Origin: Octopus vulgaris
Lineage: Eukaryota
NCBI GenBank assembly: GCA_951406725.2
Contig: OX597817.1
Span: 95,852,001-95,916,000, forward strand
DNA: 64,000 bases
Reading direction: 5' to 3'
The notes beneath the pieces are model-generated. The model worked only from the letters and a program-made list of their open reading frames with translations, had not been told where the DNA came from and made no database searches. Shown piece by piece: positions 51,039 to 64,000 of the stretch. Each line of letters opens with the position of its first letter. The stretch's first letter is position 1. The translations under genes were made by a program, and so were the position numbers.

Positions 51039-53790
51039 TACATACACACACACTCACACACACACACCGCACGTACATACTTCACACACACACACATGCA
51101 CACATACATGTAGGCACATACATACATACATACCCACACATGCACACCCGTACACTGAATGCACACACACATACACCTTTTTGCATCCAGGCAGCCCCCC
51201 CCCTCTTTTCTGCTTTCCGGTTTTGGCTGATGGATCCTCGGTTCCCGCGTAGCGGGGCGTTCGAGGGCCTTTGCGCTCGCGCGCCTTGGCGCGCGCTGGG
51301 GGCTCGGTGGGCCCCTTTGGGTTTGCGTTGCACTGCTTGTGCGCTGTGTGCGTGAGCGCGCTTCGTGTGTGTGGGCTTGCTTCGGATGTGCGCTTGTGTA
51401 TGTTTGCATACATACCCACACACTCGCATGCATCCCTACCCACATACATACACGCACACCTACTCACACACACACATACACACACACACATACCCGCACA
51501 CACACACACATACATACATACACACACATACCCACTTCAGACATACACACACACAGACATACACCCATACACCCACACTCACACGCATACACACACACAC
51601 ATACACACGCACACGTACACATACACACACACACACACCTACATACATACATTACACTTGTATACACACACACTTACATTCATACACACACACACCTACA
51701 CAGCCATACCCTCACTCAGACACACACATCTACCTACACACACACACAAACACACACTGACACACACCCATACATACATACATCTACACACTCACGCCTA
51801 CACACATACATACACACATACATAAACACACACACATACACATACACACACATACGCACACACGCATATACTTATACACATGCACACACACACACATACA
51901 TACATACACCCATATACATACACACACACATACCTACATACTCCTATACGCACATACATACACACAGACATACACACATACACACTCACACAAACATACA
52001 TACACACATACTTACACACACACTCACCTGCACGCGCACACACATGCATGACAAACACTCATACACTCACACTCACATACGCACACACCAACATAAACAC
52101 GCACACGCACACACACACCTACACTCCCACACACATACACACGCACCTACATACACACACGCACGCATACACACGCATACACACATACATTACACACGTA
52201 CACACACACCTACATACACATGCATACACACACACACACAAACATGCACGGACACACCCAGACATACATACATACACCTATATACACACGCCCACACACC
52301 TACATACACACACATATACACACGCCCACACAGCTACATACACACACATACATACACACATACACGGACACACCCATACATACTTACATACATACACCTA
52401 TACACACACGCCTACACACCTACACACACACACATGCATACACACACACATGTACGCACATACACACACATATACGCACACACATATATACCCACACACA
52501 TGCACACACACACACATACGCACATACATGCACGCATGCACACGCGCACACCTACACGCATACACACACACACACGCACGTACACATACATACATACACA
52601 CACGCATACATACACCCATACACATACATGCATCCTACACACACATACATACACACTCACACATACATACACACACACGCACTCACTCACACACCTGTAT
52701 GTTCGCGCACACACATGCACATACACACACTTCCCCACACCCACACGTACATACATACACACTCATACACATACACACACACACACACACACGGACATAC
52801 ATCTATGCACACACATATATACACACATACTCACATACATTCATCGGACACACTGCCACCCAGACATACACACAGACACACTCACACATCCACACACACA
52901 CATACGTACGCGCACACTCGCAGGCGCGCGCACACACGCGCTTGCGCTGGTTCGCGCACGCATGCGCGCCGCATGCACCTCGCCCTTGGACCCGACGAGA
53001 CCTCCCGCCCGTTCCTGGGATGTCGCTTGTCGTTGGGTTTTCCCACGCCCGTCTCCGCGGGACCACTCTTCCATCTTCCCCTCCGCTGGAGTCCTTTTCC
53101 TAACCCCCCCCCCTTTTTTTTCGTTACACACACGCGCACACATATACACACATTGCTTAAACATATACATTACTCTTACACACATTCAATCTACTCGCCA
53201 CTAATACTACCACGACACAGGACACACACACACACTACTACTCAACACACGCTGGCACGCTACATACGCCCCCACCCCTTCCCCTACCTCCCTTCCTCCT
53301 TCCTCCCTTTTCTTACTACTGACCTTTGTCTGCTATGCTGCTGCTATGCTGACCACCGTCTCGCCCTACCCCACACGCCTACACACAGACGCACACACTA
53401 ACACATACATATATTTTTTGTTTTTTTTTACCTCGCCTCACACACACACATACACACACGCACACGCACACACTCACACATACACACACATCTGTTGCGT
53501 TACCAACCTTTTCTCCACTCTTTTGCCTTTAAAAACCCACTTTGCTCTTGTTATCGTAAACATCCGCCTTTCACCATGTGCTACTCCTAACACCAGTCGT
53601 TTTTTTCTCTATCTCCGTTGCCCGCTCCGGGATCTTTCTTTCCTCTCTCTTCCTTCTTTATGTTTCCGACGAAGAGCTCCGCTCGAAACGTCATACCTCC
53701 CTGCTTCCATTTCCTGAGCGCCTATTAATAATAATACTGTAATTGTTCCATTGTTGTTGTTTTTTTGTTTCCCGTTTGGATTAAAATTAT
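49350..53790 (+). mobile_element. Penelope-like relic: RT fragments, GIY-YIG, long (CA)-rich 3' region, terminal minimal hammerhead-like motif
   Basis: RLINSAKSE near 49840; LLYEAEL..KYVGATESPFSTRYKYHKSSF..LATYVWLLKE; at 53666-53692 ccGACGA-a-GAGC-ucc-GCUC-GAAACGUC. Confidence 0.65.
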
Positions 53791-55378
53791 ATATATATAT
53801 AGTTACTTCAAACATGAACAAAGAGAAAACACAACAACGCGAGGACGTGGAACAAGTATAGTGTTATTGGACGCTCAGAAATATATATACATATATATAT
53901 ATGTATTCTTTTACTTCTTTCAGTCATTTGAGTGCGGCCATGCTGGAGTACCGTCTTGAAGGATTTTAGTGGAAGAAATCGACACCCAGAACTTATTTTT
54001 AAGCTTAGAATTAGTCTCTTTTGCCAAACCGCTAGTTTACGGGGACTTAATAATACTAACACCGGTTGTCAAGCGGTGATGGGAGGATAAACACAGACAC
54101 ATACACATGTATTTATACGACAGGCTTCTTTCAATTTCCGCCTCAAAAGGCTTTGGTCGCCCCGGAGAAATAGTAGGAAACACTTGCATAAGATGCCACG
54201 CAGTGAGACTGAAGCCGGAACCATGTTATTGTGAAGCAAGCTCCTTACCACACGCCTACGCCTATATATGTATGTATGTATATATATGAGAATATTTATA
54301 TAAACAAACTTCGAAGCACCTAGTGAGTTGGTATTTTATAGAAAATAAAGGAAGTCTCGAACACAAAATAGCTGAGTACAAAGCACTCAACCGGAATTTG
54401 AGAGATACAGGGTTGGACACTGTAAGACCTTGCTAGCCAATTTTTGCCTCATCTAAGGGTATGTACCCAAACTTGTAAGCTGATTTCACAACTATTCTGT
54501 GTTTGAGACTTCCTTTTATTTTCTGTAAAATACACACAAACACACACGCACACACATACACGATGGGATTAATATGGTTTCAGTCTACCAAATTCACAAT
54601 TTCGCCTACAAGGTATTGTTCCCATGCCGCGAGACTGAAGCAGAAATCACGTCGTTGGGAAGCAAACTTCTTAACAGCACAATTATGCATGCATGTATGT
54701 ATGCATGTATATGTGTGTGTGTGTGTGTGTGTGTTGCGGCAAGAGTCATTGACACCTCTGTGGGATTGGATGAATGGACTAGCTGAACTCTTATAAAGAG
54801 TAGCGTATTCGTTGACGAAGTCGTATGAGTCGCTGAGAGTTCATGGAAGTCGTTGAGAGTTTGTATTTATTGGAATATCGTGTTTAGTGGAGTATTTTGC
54901 AGTACATTGTGTGAAGACAGTTATGCCTATCCTCGCTTCGTGAAATCTGTATATCCACTATATACAAGTATATAAAAGTGGCCACGAGTTTATTCGAAGC
55001 TTACGCCAGGCGTTAACTTTTTTTTTTTACAATAATCAAAGAAAAATTAATTAACATGGAATATTTATTAGCCTCCGTGGTGCATCTGCAAGAGCAACAG
55101 CAGCAACAGTTATAGCAACAATGAAAACAACAACACCAATACCAACAGTTGCTGGAATTAATGTTGAAGTTCAAAAATACTTCAGGTTTGTTCTCGCCAG
55201 ACGGCATTTGCAGAATTTAGTTATAACCCAGAAGGTATTACTTTTTCTGCATATTTCCGAAGATATGAAGAAATCTTCAAAGAGGAATGCAAAAATTGGA
55301 CGGACAATGAAAAGGTACGACTACTTTTAAGAAAATTATCCCCTGCCGAACACGAAAAATATTGTAACTACATTCTGC

Positions 55379-56010
55379 GGAGCTTTTCCTTTTGAACGGG
55401 TCATGTCAACACAATTTCTAGTCAACTAAACACTTTAAAACTTCGTATACTGGTAGAATGTGTCAAAATAAAACATTTTTTTCTCTTGGCTTTCTTGATA
55501 AAATTGTAATTCGTTTGTTTAACGTAGTTTAATTTTTCGAATTTTAACCAATGAATCACCTCTAATTGAGCTAAAATCATTTGCTGCGTCTAAAACTGGG
55601 ACAACATTCAGTCACTAACCCTAACCCTCACCCTAAATTTTAGCCTTTCGTTTTTTTTCTTCTTAATTGTTAAATTAACTTAAGGATAACAATTAAGAAA
55701 AAAACGAAAGGCTAAAACGAAAGCAATGGAAAATAAAATTTAGGGTTAGGGTTAGGGTGAGGGTTAGGGTTAGTGACAGGATGTTGTCTCAGTTTTAGAT
55801 GCAGCAAATGATTTTAGCTCACTAGAGGCGATTCATTGGTTAAAATTCGAAAAATTAAACTACGTTAAACAAACAAATTACAATTTTCTCAAGAAAGCCA
55901 AGAGAAAAAAAAATGTTTTATTTTGACACATTCTACCAGTATATGAAGTTTTAAAGTGTTTAGTTAACTAGAAATTGTGTTGAAAACTGCCGTTCAAAAG
56001 GAAAGGATCC
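55379..56010. mobile_element. Foldback DNA element, 632 bp, almost fully palindromic, 8-bp TSD, internal telomeric repeats
   Basis: TSD cattctgc (55371-55378, 56011-56018); GG/CC termini; ~260-bp inverted arms; ctaaccctaaccctcaccctaa versus ttagggttagggttagggtgagggttaggg. Confidence 0.9.
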
Positions 56011-58473
56011 CATTCTGCCAAAAATCCACGTGAAATTTGTTACGACGAAACAATTAAATTGTTATCGAATTTTTTCAGTGAGAGAAGTTCCCTGTTCAGT
56101 ACTCGCTGGGAGTGTTTGAATTTAGTTAAAAAAAGATGAAGATTTCGTCACCTATACCAGAGTCGTCAATCGAGAATGCGAAAGATTCAAACTAAAAGAA
56201 TTAACCCCAAACATGTTCAAATGTCTAATTTTTGTTCTAAGGTTAACTGCAAGCAAAAATGCAGAGATACTTCTCCGGATATTGACAAAATTGGAACAGG
56301 ACCTAATTGAAGAAAACTCTCACATACATTGCGTGTTGACCTGTAACGGATATGGAAACAGAAAAACGTAGATCAAGACCCAATTCATGCTATGAGTTTG
56401 GAGGTCTACATTTAAAAAATAACTGTCCGTTTAAAAATTTAAAATGTTTTAACTGCAAAAAAAAATCGGACATAAAAGCTCACATTGCAGAGCAGAGAAA
56501 AAAAGGTCGGACGGAAAAAAATCTGGAAATGTTTTCTCAACAGAAAGTTTAGGTGAAGCTCATAAAAGTAAGTTTGTGTACGTAAAAATTAATAATGTGA
56601 ACGTGAAGTTACAGCTAGATACAGGCAGTAATATTACAATTATTAACACTGACACATAGAGAAAAATAGGAAAGTCTACATTAAAAATTGCGAAAGGTGT
56701 CTCAGGAAAAAATTACATCTTTTGGGCGAAATGATAACTGAAGTTACATTTAGGTGTTAAACCTTGAAAACGAAAGTTTTTGAGTTAATTAATGCAACAA
56801 ACTTGTTCGGTACTGACTGGATGGAATTGTTTAATTTATGGGACCTCCCCATAAATCTTTTCAGTATAAATATAAATAGTTTTTCCTTCAGTAAAAACAA
56901 GTCGTCAGACGAATTGAAAGAAAAAGTAAAAATATTTTTCCTGAATTTCTGTCCGATAAATTAGTTCTGTGTACCAAAACAAGGGCGTGTTTTCAAATAA
57001 AGAAAAACGTCAGACTAGTATTTAAACCTAAACGAATGGTACCCTTCGCAGCGATGAAGCAAGTCAATGAAGAACTAGAGAAACTAAAAAAATTGGAGTT
57101 ATCCAAAAAGTGGAATATTCTAAATGGGCAGCACCAACTGTATATATTAAGAAAATGAATAATATATTCAGTGTGCGCTGATTTTTCCACTAGTTTAAAC
57201 GAATATCTTAAAACGTTACACTATCCGCTTCCTACTCCGAAGAATATTTGTGCGAAATTAATTTTCTAAATTGGATCTCTCTGACACGTACCTACAAATT
57301 AGAATAGACGATTAATGCTCTAAATACCTAACAATTAACACACCTAAAGGACTGTATAGGTTACCATTTGGTTTAAAAGTGGCACCAGCGATTTTTCAAC
57401 GGATTATGAATGCAGTGTTAGCAGACTGTGAATTCGCAATTCCATATCTGGATCATACACTCAACAAAAGCGAATCCAGGGATCAAAACATTGAGCACGT
57501 AAAATATGTATTTGAAAAAATTAAGGATTACGGCTTTACCTTGAATGAAGAAAAGTGTGAATTGTTCTTACCGGAAATAAGATATTTGACAAATATAGAC
57601 GACGACCTGACCCGTCGAAGGCAGACGCAATCAAAAGTATGCCTCCTCCGACAAATATAGCCACCTTACAAACATTTTTAGGACTCGCAAATTATTACCA
57701 AAATTATATCCCAAATATGCATAAGGTTAGAGTTCCACTGAATAATTTGTTGAAAAAAGATATGAAATAGGATTGGACAGAAAATTGCCAAAAGGCGTTT
57801 CACGAAGTTAAAAATATATTAACATCATAGGCGTAGAAGTGGCTGTGTGGTAAGTAGCTTGCTTACGAACCACATTTGTTCGACTAAAGGTGGTGCTCCA
57901 GCATGGCCGCAGTAAATTATTGAAACAAATAAAAGGATGAAAGAATAAAATAATCGGATTTGTCGTTAGATCATTTTGATCCTGCAGCGGAGATTGTTGT
58001 AGCTTCAGACCCTTCTGAGCACGGCATAGCAGCAGTAATGCTACATAAATATAAAGATGGTAACATGAAGGTGGTGATTCATGCCTCACATTCTCTGATA
58101 TCAACAGAGAAAAATTATGGCCGACCATTATTATCGCTATTTGGGTCGAAAAAAGGAATTCCTACCCATACTGTTAATAGGTTACAACGCTGGGCAACGA
58201 TATTATTAAACTACGATTTCAAGATGGAGTATATATATTTTAAGAGTTTAGGCCATGCGGATTGTTTTCAAAACTGATTTCAATAAACGTGGAACCATTT
58301 GAAGATACTGTGATTGCCGCTTTGCGAGCGGAAAATGAAATTTAAAATGTTTTGTGTAACATCATTCGTGAACTGCCAGTTATGTTACCAAACATAAAAG
58401 CAAAAGCGGAAAATGATAAATTCATTATAAAAATGAAGGAAACACTGAAGACTAAAGAAAATAAAAAATATGC

Positions 58474-61400
58474 TTCTTTGTTGGAAGAAAAGAGGATTTA
58501 CAGTAAAAACAAACCCTCAGCCCTCCCTCCAGCGTATAAATTACTTTAAAAAGAAATACTTTAAAAGGGAAAAACGTGAGAAAAAATATTTAATTAAATT
58601 AACTATAGACAAAAACATGTGCATTCTCGCACATAAACACATTATTCACACATATACAAACATACGCAGACGCAAATATTGAAGTACTAAATGGCACGTC
58701 AAATGATATTTAACCGTGTGGAACATTTTACATGCATATCAATATTCTAAAGTTGGACCTACTATTCCTTATCCTAAAGCTGCTTCAGGCAACTAGGAAG
58801 GGTTCCTGACTCGTTTCACCGTCTGCTTTCAATCTTGGATTGTGATTCGGTTCAGCCCAAACTCTCTCAGATTTTGTCTGCTGTTGCCTACTCCTACAAG
58901 GATTGCAGCTGTTTTTGTTCCTGCTTTAACTCAGATTTGTCCTAGAGCCCATAGAAGATTGTTTTTGGTCAACCATCTATCATGTCAGCTACCTACAGAT
59001 CGAAACTGAGATCTGCGAGAAGGGCTTCTTATCAGTCCTACCTCTGGTCGCATGCTGTAGTGCTGACAGAGAAAGTGAATTGAGGGCGAATCGAAGTAAA
59101 GTAGATACCTCCGTCAACGATGCTATCTCTGATACCCCTTATTCTGCTTGTTCCCCAACTCCCGCCCCTCAAACTTCACAGCTCAGCATCGTCTATACCA
59201 ATTCGTGCTCCTTATTTCCAAAGTTCAGCGAACTATTTACACTGACCATGCGTGATTCTTCTGATGTGATAGCTATCACCGAGACTTGGCTGACTCCAGC
59301 AGTAAAGGACTCAGAAATCCACCTACAGGACTACGCCCTCTTCAGATGTGACAGAGAAAAAAGGCGAGGTGGAGGTGTTGCTGTGTATGTTAAATCTGAT
59401 CTCAAACCGTCCAGCGGTATTCTACCCACTAATGCTCAACCTACAACAAAATTCGATGCCGTCTATTGCAAGCTGAGCCTATCCGGGTTTTGCCTGCCCG
59501 TGTTAGCTGTCTACAGGCCGCCTCTTGCCGACCCCCAGGACGATGCTCATTTACTCGAAGCGATAAGGTTCGTTTCAGCTTCTCATGACTGTTTGATATT
59601 AGGAGACTTCAACTCTCCCACGATCGATTGGCCCGCATCAATTTGTACATCATCTTCCCGGTTCGGCCAGGCCCTTCTTGACGTGGCTGAAGATTGTTTT
59701 CTATCGCAACATGTTGAATATCCGACAAGGCATCGGTCTGGGCAGCAGCCATCTATGCTGGATCTGGTATTCTCCCGCTATCCAAGATCAGTGTCAGACG
59801 TATCTGTGTGCGCCCTTCTTGCCAAGAGTGATCATGCGGTCCTGAAGTTCGTCATACACACAACTTTTTCTACGCCCACGACTACTTCGCTGCCACGTAG
59901 AGTCTTCTCTGCAATTAATCTTGAAATTCTAACCGAGGCTTCCGCGCTTCTGGACTGGTGATCCCTGATGACGTTGTCCTCAGTTGACGAACTATGGTCA
60001 TCCCTTAAAGCATATGTAATCTGTTTGACTGACCAGGCAGTTCCCGTTGGGCTTCCCAAGAAGAAGAAACACAAGCCCTGGGTGACGAAGAAGGTTAAAC
60101 GAGAACTTCAACTCAGAGATATTGCTTGGGCTGAATTCAAAAATCTGGATTCAACTGCAGCTTTTGAGGTGTACAAAACTCAACGAGACCGAGCCGTGAA
60201 AATTGAAATGGAAGAACGCTTCAGATATGAATACAAAATCGCGGCAAACGCCAGTACCAATCCAAAAACCTTCTTTGCCCATGTTCAACGGAATTCCCGC
60301 TTGAACAACCAAATTGCAACGTTGGTAGACTCAACAGGCGTATCGATTGAGGACCCTTATCAACAGAGTCAATTATTTGCCGAAGCTTTTTCAACTATTT
60401 TCAAACAAGATGATGGTCGTGAACCCCCTCCATTTGATAGATCGGTACCTCCAATGCTTCGATTGGTCATCACTCGGGACGAAGTCGAACGCGTTATTCA
60501 AGGCCTCGATGTCAACAAGGGTCACGGCCCTGACTGCATACACCCACGGGTTATCAAAGCGTTGGCTCCGGTCATCTGCAAGCCCTTAACACATCTATTC
60601 AATATGTCATTGGCGACGGGTGCTATACCTGCGGACTGGACAACAACGATAATCTGCCCAATTTTCAAGAAAGGGAGCCGCGAAGACCCACTTAACTACC
60701 GACCGGTTTCCCTTACATCAATAATCAGCAAGATGTTCGAAACCATCCTTAAGAAAAGTATGATGCTCCAGCTCCAAAACACAGCCTCTATCTCTGATTC
60801 CCAACACGGCTTCGTGCCGAAGAGATCATGCTTGACCAACTTACTGGTAATGGAAGAATTGGTGACGCGCATCCTCGATGATAGTGATGCTGTTGACATC
60901 GTTTTATTGGACTTTGCCAAAGCTTTTGACTCGGTAAACCACCGCCTATTACTTGTCGAGCTTCAAGCATATAGTTTCCATCCGGATATTGTACGATGGG
61001 TTGGTGCCTTCCTCTCAGATCGCTCCTTCCAAGTCCAAGTTAATGGTTCGCGGTCCGACATCTCCAGTGCGAGCAGTGGCGTGCCTCAAGGTTCAGTGCT
61101 TGGGCCCTTATTGTTCTTAGTCTTCATAAATGACTTGCCCGACGACCTCACGCAACACACCCTTCTATTTGCCGACGACTTCAAACTGGTCGCTCCTCGC
61201 AGTGATATAGAGGATCTTCGTCGATGCCTCCACCAAATGGGACCTGTGTCTGAACGTGTCAAAGTACTGTCATCTGCCTGTTGGCTCTCCTCCTGCAACT
61301 CAATTTGATTTCGAGCCGGGTCGTCTGCTGCTGGAGAGGACCGATCAGGTAAAGGACCTGGGTATATTGGTGGATTCCTCCTTTTCGCCTTCGGCCCAGT

Positions 61401-62032
61401 GCGTCCATGCTGCCAACAAAGCACGCGGAATTCTGTTCTTGATTCGACGGTCATTCGGAATGCTCACAGCAGCCATATTCCTACCGCTCTATGTCACGCT
61501 GGTGAGACCCATATTGGAGTACGGGATTCAAGCCTCTTCTCCTTATCTCCTCAAAGACATACAGCATCTCGAAAGAGTCCAGAAGCTGGCTACCCGCATG
61601 GTTCTTGGTCTCAAGAATTTGTCTTATGAAGAAAGGCTGAAGACGCTCGACCTTTATTCTCTAGAAAAACGACGACGCCGTGGAGATCTCATTCTTGCTC
61701 ACAACATCATAAGCGGAAAGTGTAACCTCTCGAAAGAGCTGTTCTTCACTCCTGCTCCAGAGCGTCGGCTGCGGGATCATTCCGAAAAGCTCTATCTGCG
61801 ACGATTTCATCTCAATCGAAGGAGAGGGGCTTTCTCCGTCCGGGTTGCGGATCCGTGGAATAAGCTGCCTGACGAGATGGTGAAGATGCCGACGACCGCT
61901 CGGTTCAAGGTCTCCCTTGACCTCAAGTGGCCTGAACTCTTTACATGTACCGCCCGGTACATAACTCCATGTCCCCCTACAAGGCCTTGCTTTTTGCTTT
62001 TTGAGCCAAAAAACTAACTAACTAACTAACTA
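58474..62032 (+). mobile_element. Young CR1-group LINE (APE + RT) with (TAAC)n tail, inserted in gypsy pol
   Basis: IAITETWL, GDFN, SDH, NYRPVSLTS, LDFAKAFD, SGVPQGSVLGPLLF, FADD; one in-frame stop at 59959 and one lesion near 61240; ATGC duplicated at 58470 and 62033. Confidence 0.88.
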
Positions 62033-62464
62033 ATGCAAACAGTTTCTCACTGTGCGACAATGTGTATGCACAAAGAGTCGTAGTGCCAGCCGAACTACAA
62101 AACGTTTATTAAAGAAATTTTATATTGGTCACCCTGGGATTTCGAGAATGAAATCACTCGGTGAAAATCCTGCAGAGGCTGCGCCCTTGCAGCCAAGTCA
62201 CTACAGGTAAAATTCCAACCTAAAACCGAATGTCCGTGGACCAGGCTTCATATAGAGTGTGCTGCATCAGTAAATGGCACTTAGTACCTGATTGTAGCAG
62301 AAAGTTATAAGTGGCCGGAAATATGTAGATGTGGGAAATCAATCTCTACGGTAACAATAGAATTTCTTCACAAACTCTTTACAAGATATGGTGTCCCGGA
62401 CACTATAGTATCTGATAACGCTACGCAGTTTATGGCGTATGAGTTTTTAAATTTTTGCAAAATA

Positions 62465-63480
62465 TGCATCTCTATCCCTTTTGTGCATTAGGTATTTGAT
62501 TGATATTTCCTGTTCCTGGATAGCAAACGCATACCCTTCAAAGTGGGAGTAAGTAATCCGGTTATTGGTCAATGATAGTCTTCTTTGAGGATGAATGTTA
62601 GTACTAACTTGGAGCGTTATACTAACACATCCATACATAGTCTTCTGCTCATATATGCTCATCCTTTCATCTGGTGATACGTTGCGGTGGAATTGTGAGA
62701 CTTCTTTGGGCATGTATTTAAAGTTATCAGACAAGGAATGCTGCTTAAGGAGCGGCCTTCCAAGTCTTATGATGTTATCAGCCTCGTGTAAGCAAACGTT
62801 GTCAAGGGATGCACTTCAACACATGGTGATTAAAAGATGTTGCCGATGGGATATGATATGACATTTAAAGTCCTTTTGAACTGATGTTAAGCCTCTGTAG
62901 GCTCGTTTACGTTTTAGGTAGAGGCGATCTACGTCACTGTTGATGTGGAAATTATGTGTGCTGGTTAGTAACTTCCACGTTTTCCCATCAATGGATTGGA
63001 TTTCATCAAGCATCCAATCAAGCAGTCCAAGCGTTGGTACGAGTACTGGCACTGCAAACACATTGTGGGCCACTGTTCTATTGAATACCGAATCCTGAGG
63101 TCCAAATTTTCTTTATTCAGTTGTAATACTCTTTAGTGCCACGTGTTTTGTCACAGAGGCCATTGTAAGATGTTTTCATCCACCTCTAGATACCTGTAAC
63201 TTTCCTCATCAGATATAGGGGAAAGAGTCAAATCATTGATGGAGATGTTGCAAGTTTGGTATACAGTCTTCCCTCTTTTCACAACTATGTAACAACATTT
63301 ATCCTGACCAAACTCTAATACTACATCCTTTGAGAATGTTGTAACTAGGTGAAGGCTCTTTTTCATCGTGTGTATATTCTTTACATAAAGTTTCAAGTCA
63401 TCCACAAAAACAGTTTGTAATTTTGGTATTTGTTTCCTTGCGAAACAGTGAGATATCCGTCAGACTTCCTGAACATCAAT
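62465..63480 (-). pseudogene. R4/Dong-like LINE RT fragment
   Basis: VDDLKLY, FG.DKC, YRYL, AVPVL, HINSDVDRLYLKR..RGL. Confidence 0.8.
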
Positions 63481-63543
63481 GACAAAGGGGGTATGTATGT
63501 ATGCATGTCTATCTATTTATCTGTCAATCTCTCTCTCTGTCTC

Positions 63544-63639
<96 letters not shown>

Positions 63640-63699
63640 TAAATGTACATATGTATATATATATATGTGTGAGTAATACAGTTCTATATTTAAGAGATG

Positions 63700-63850
63700 A
63701 GGAATTATGTACATTATTTACTTTTGCCGGATATTTCTCATCTTCTTTGTTGTTAGCACAACGTTTCGGCTGATATACCCTCCAGCCTTTATCAGGTGTT
63801 TTGGGAAAATTTCGAACCTGGGTTCTCATTCCTAAGGTATTTTTCGATAT
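63700..63850 (-). mobile_element. Dispersed repeat with minimal hammerhead-like motif (63756-63799); second copy at about 24120-25560 split by the mariner
   Basis: Minus strand ACAC-CUGAU(A/G)A-A-GGCUG-loop-CAGCC-GAAAC-GUU-GUG; the copy near 25500 retains CUGAUGA. Confidence 0.6.
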
Positions 63851-64000
63851 TATTATTATTATTGAGTGAGAGAGTAGTGCATGCCATCAAAGTGACACTG
63901 GGGAAAAATATACGAAGCCCAGTATACCCATCATGACTACCCGCCTGATAAGGGTACACTAGGCACATGCATCACAACCATATGTGCGCGACATAGTGAT

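Larger units (their letters stand above)
54732..62465 (+). mobile_element. Decayed Ty3/gypsy LTR retrotransposon with nested foldback, SINE and LINE insertions
   Basis: TG-initiated LTR candidate and PBS-like tggccacgag near 54979; gag CCHC-like; protease LQLDTGS near 56610; RT LPFGLKVAPAIFQ; RNase H IVVASDPS..GI; integrase GHPGISRMKS and GVPDTIVSDN resume after 62036. Confidence 0.85.

Noticed and set aside
51190-53110. GC-rich islands inside the CA-rich tract as a CpG island or exon
   Set aside because: No splice or coding signal; embedded in degenerate repeat, possibly low-quality consensus or PLE 3' sequence.
55616-55775. Telomere fusion site
   Set aside because: The repeats sit within TIR arms bounded by a TSD, and their orientation (CCCTAA then TTAGGG) is opposite to an end-to-end fusion.

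Overview
AT-rich, microsatellite-saturated animal DNA; the SINE, LINE and (TA)n/(CA)n content suggests an octopus or other cephalopod (inference). One host gene is visible: two phase-1 VWA-domain exons on + (2896-3489 and 40275-40870), apparently joined across a ~36.8 kb intron made almost entirely of mobile DNA. The rest is transposon material: Penelope-like elements (RT + GIY-YIG), Helitrons, a mariner, a hAT MITE, CR1/L2-group and R4-like LINEs, Ty3/gypsy relics, a foldback element with telomeric repeats, and tRNA-derived SINEs. The standout is 11008-13925, a bidirectional tandem array of ~495-bp non-coding units. Each unit carries a type I hammerhead ribozyme with an unusually long stem II, in two sequence variants that both keep the fold. 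This looks like a non-LTR retrozyme (candidate self-cleaving, circular RNA). It sits inside the inverted terminal arm of a Penelope-like element that carries its own hammerhead and could supply RT and endonuclease. Several more hammerhead-like motifs lie at Penelope relics and other repeats in the window. All folds and family assignments were made by eye; nothing was computed or searched.
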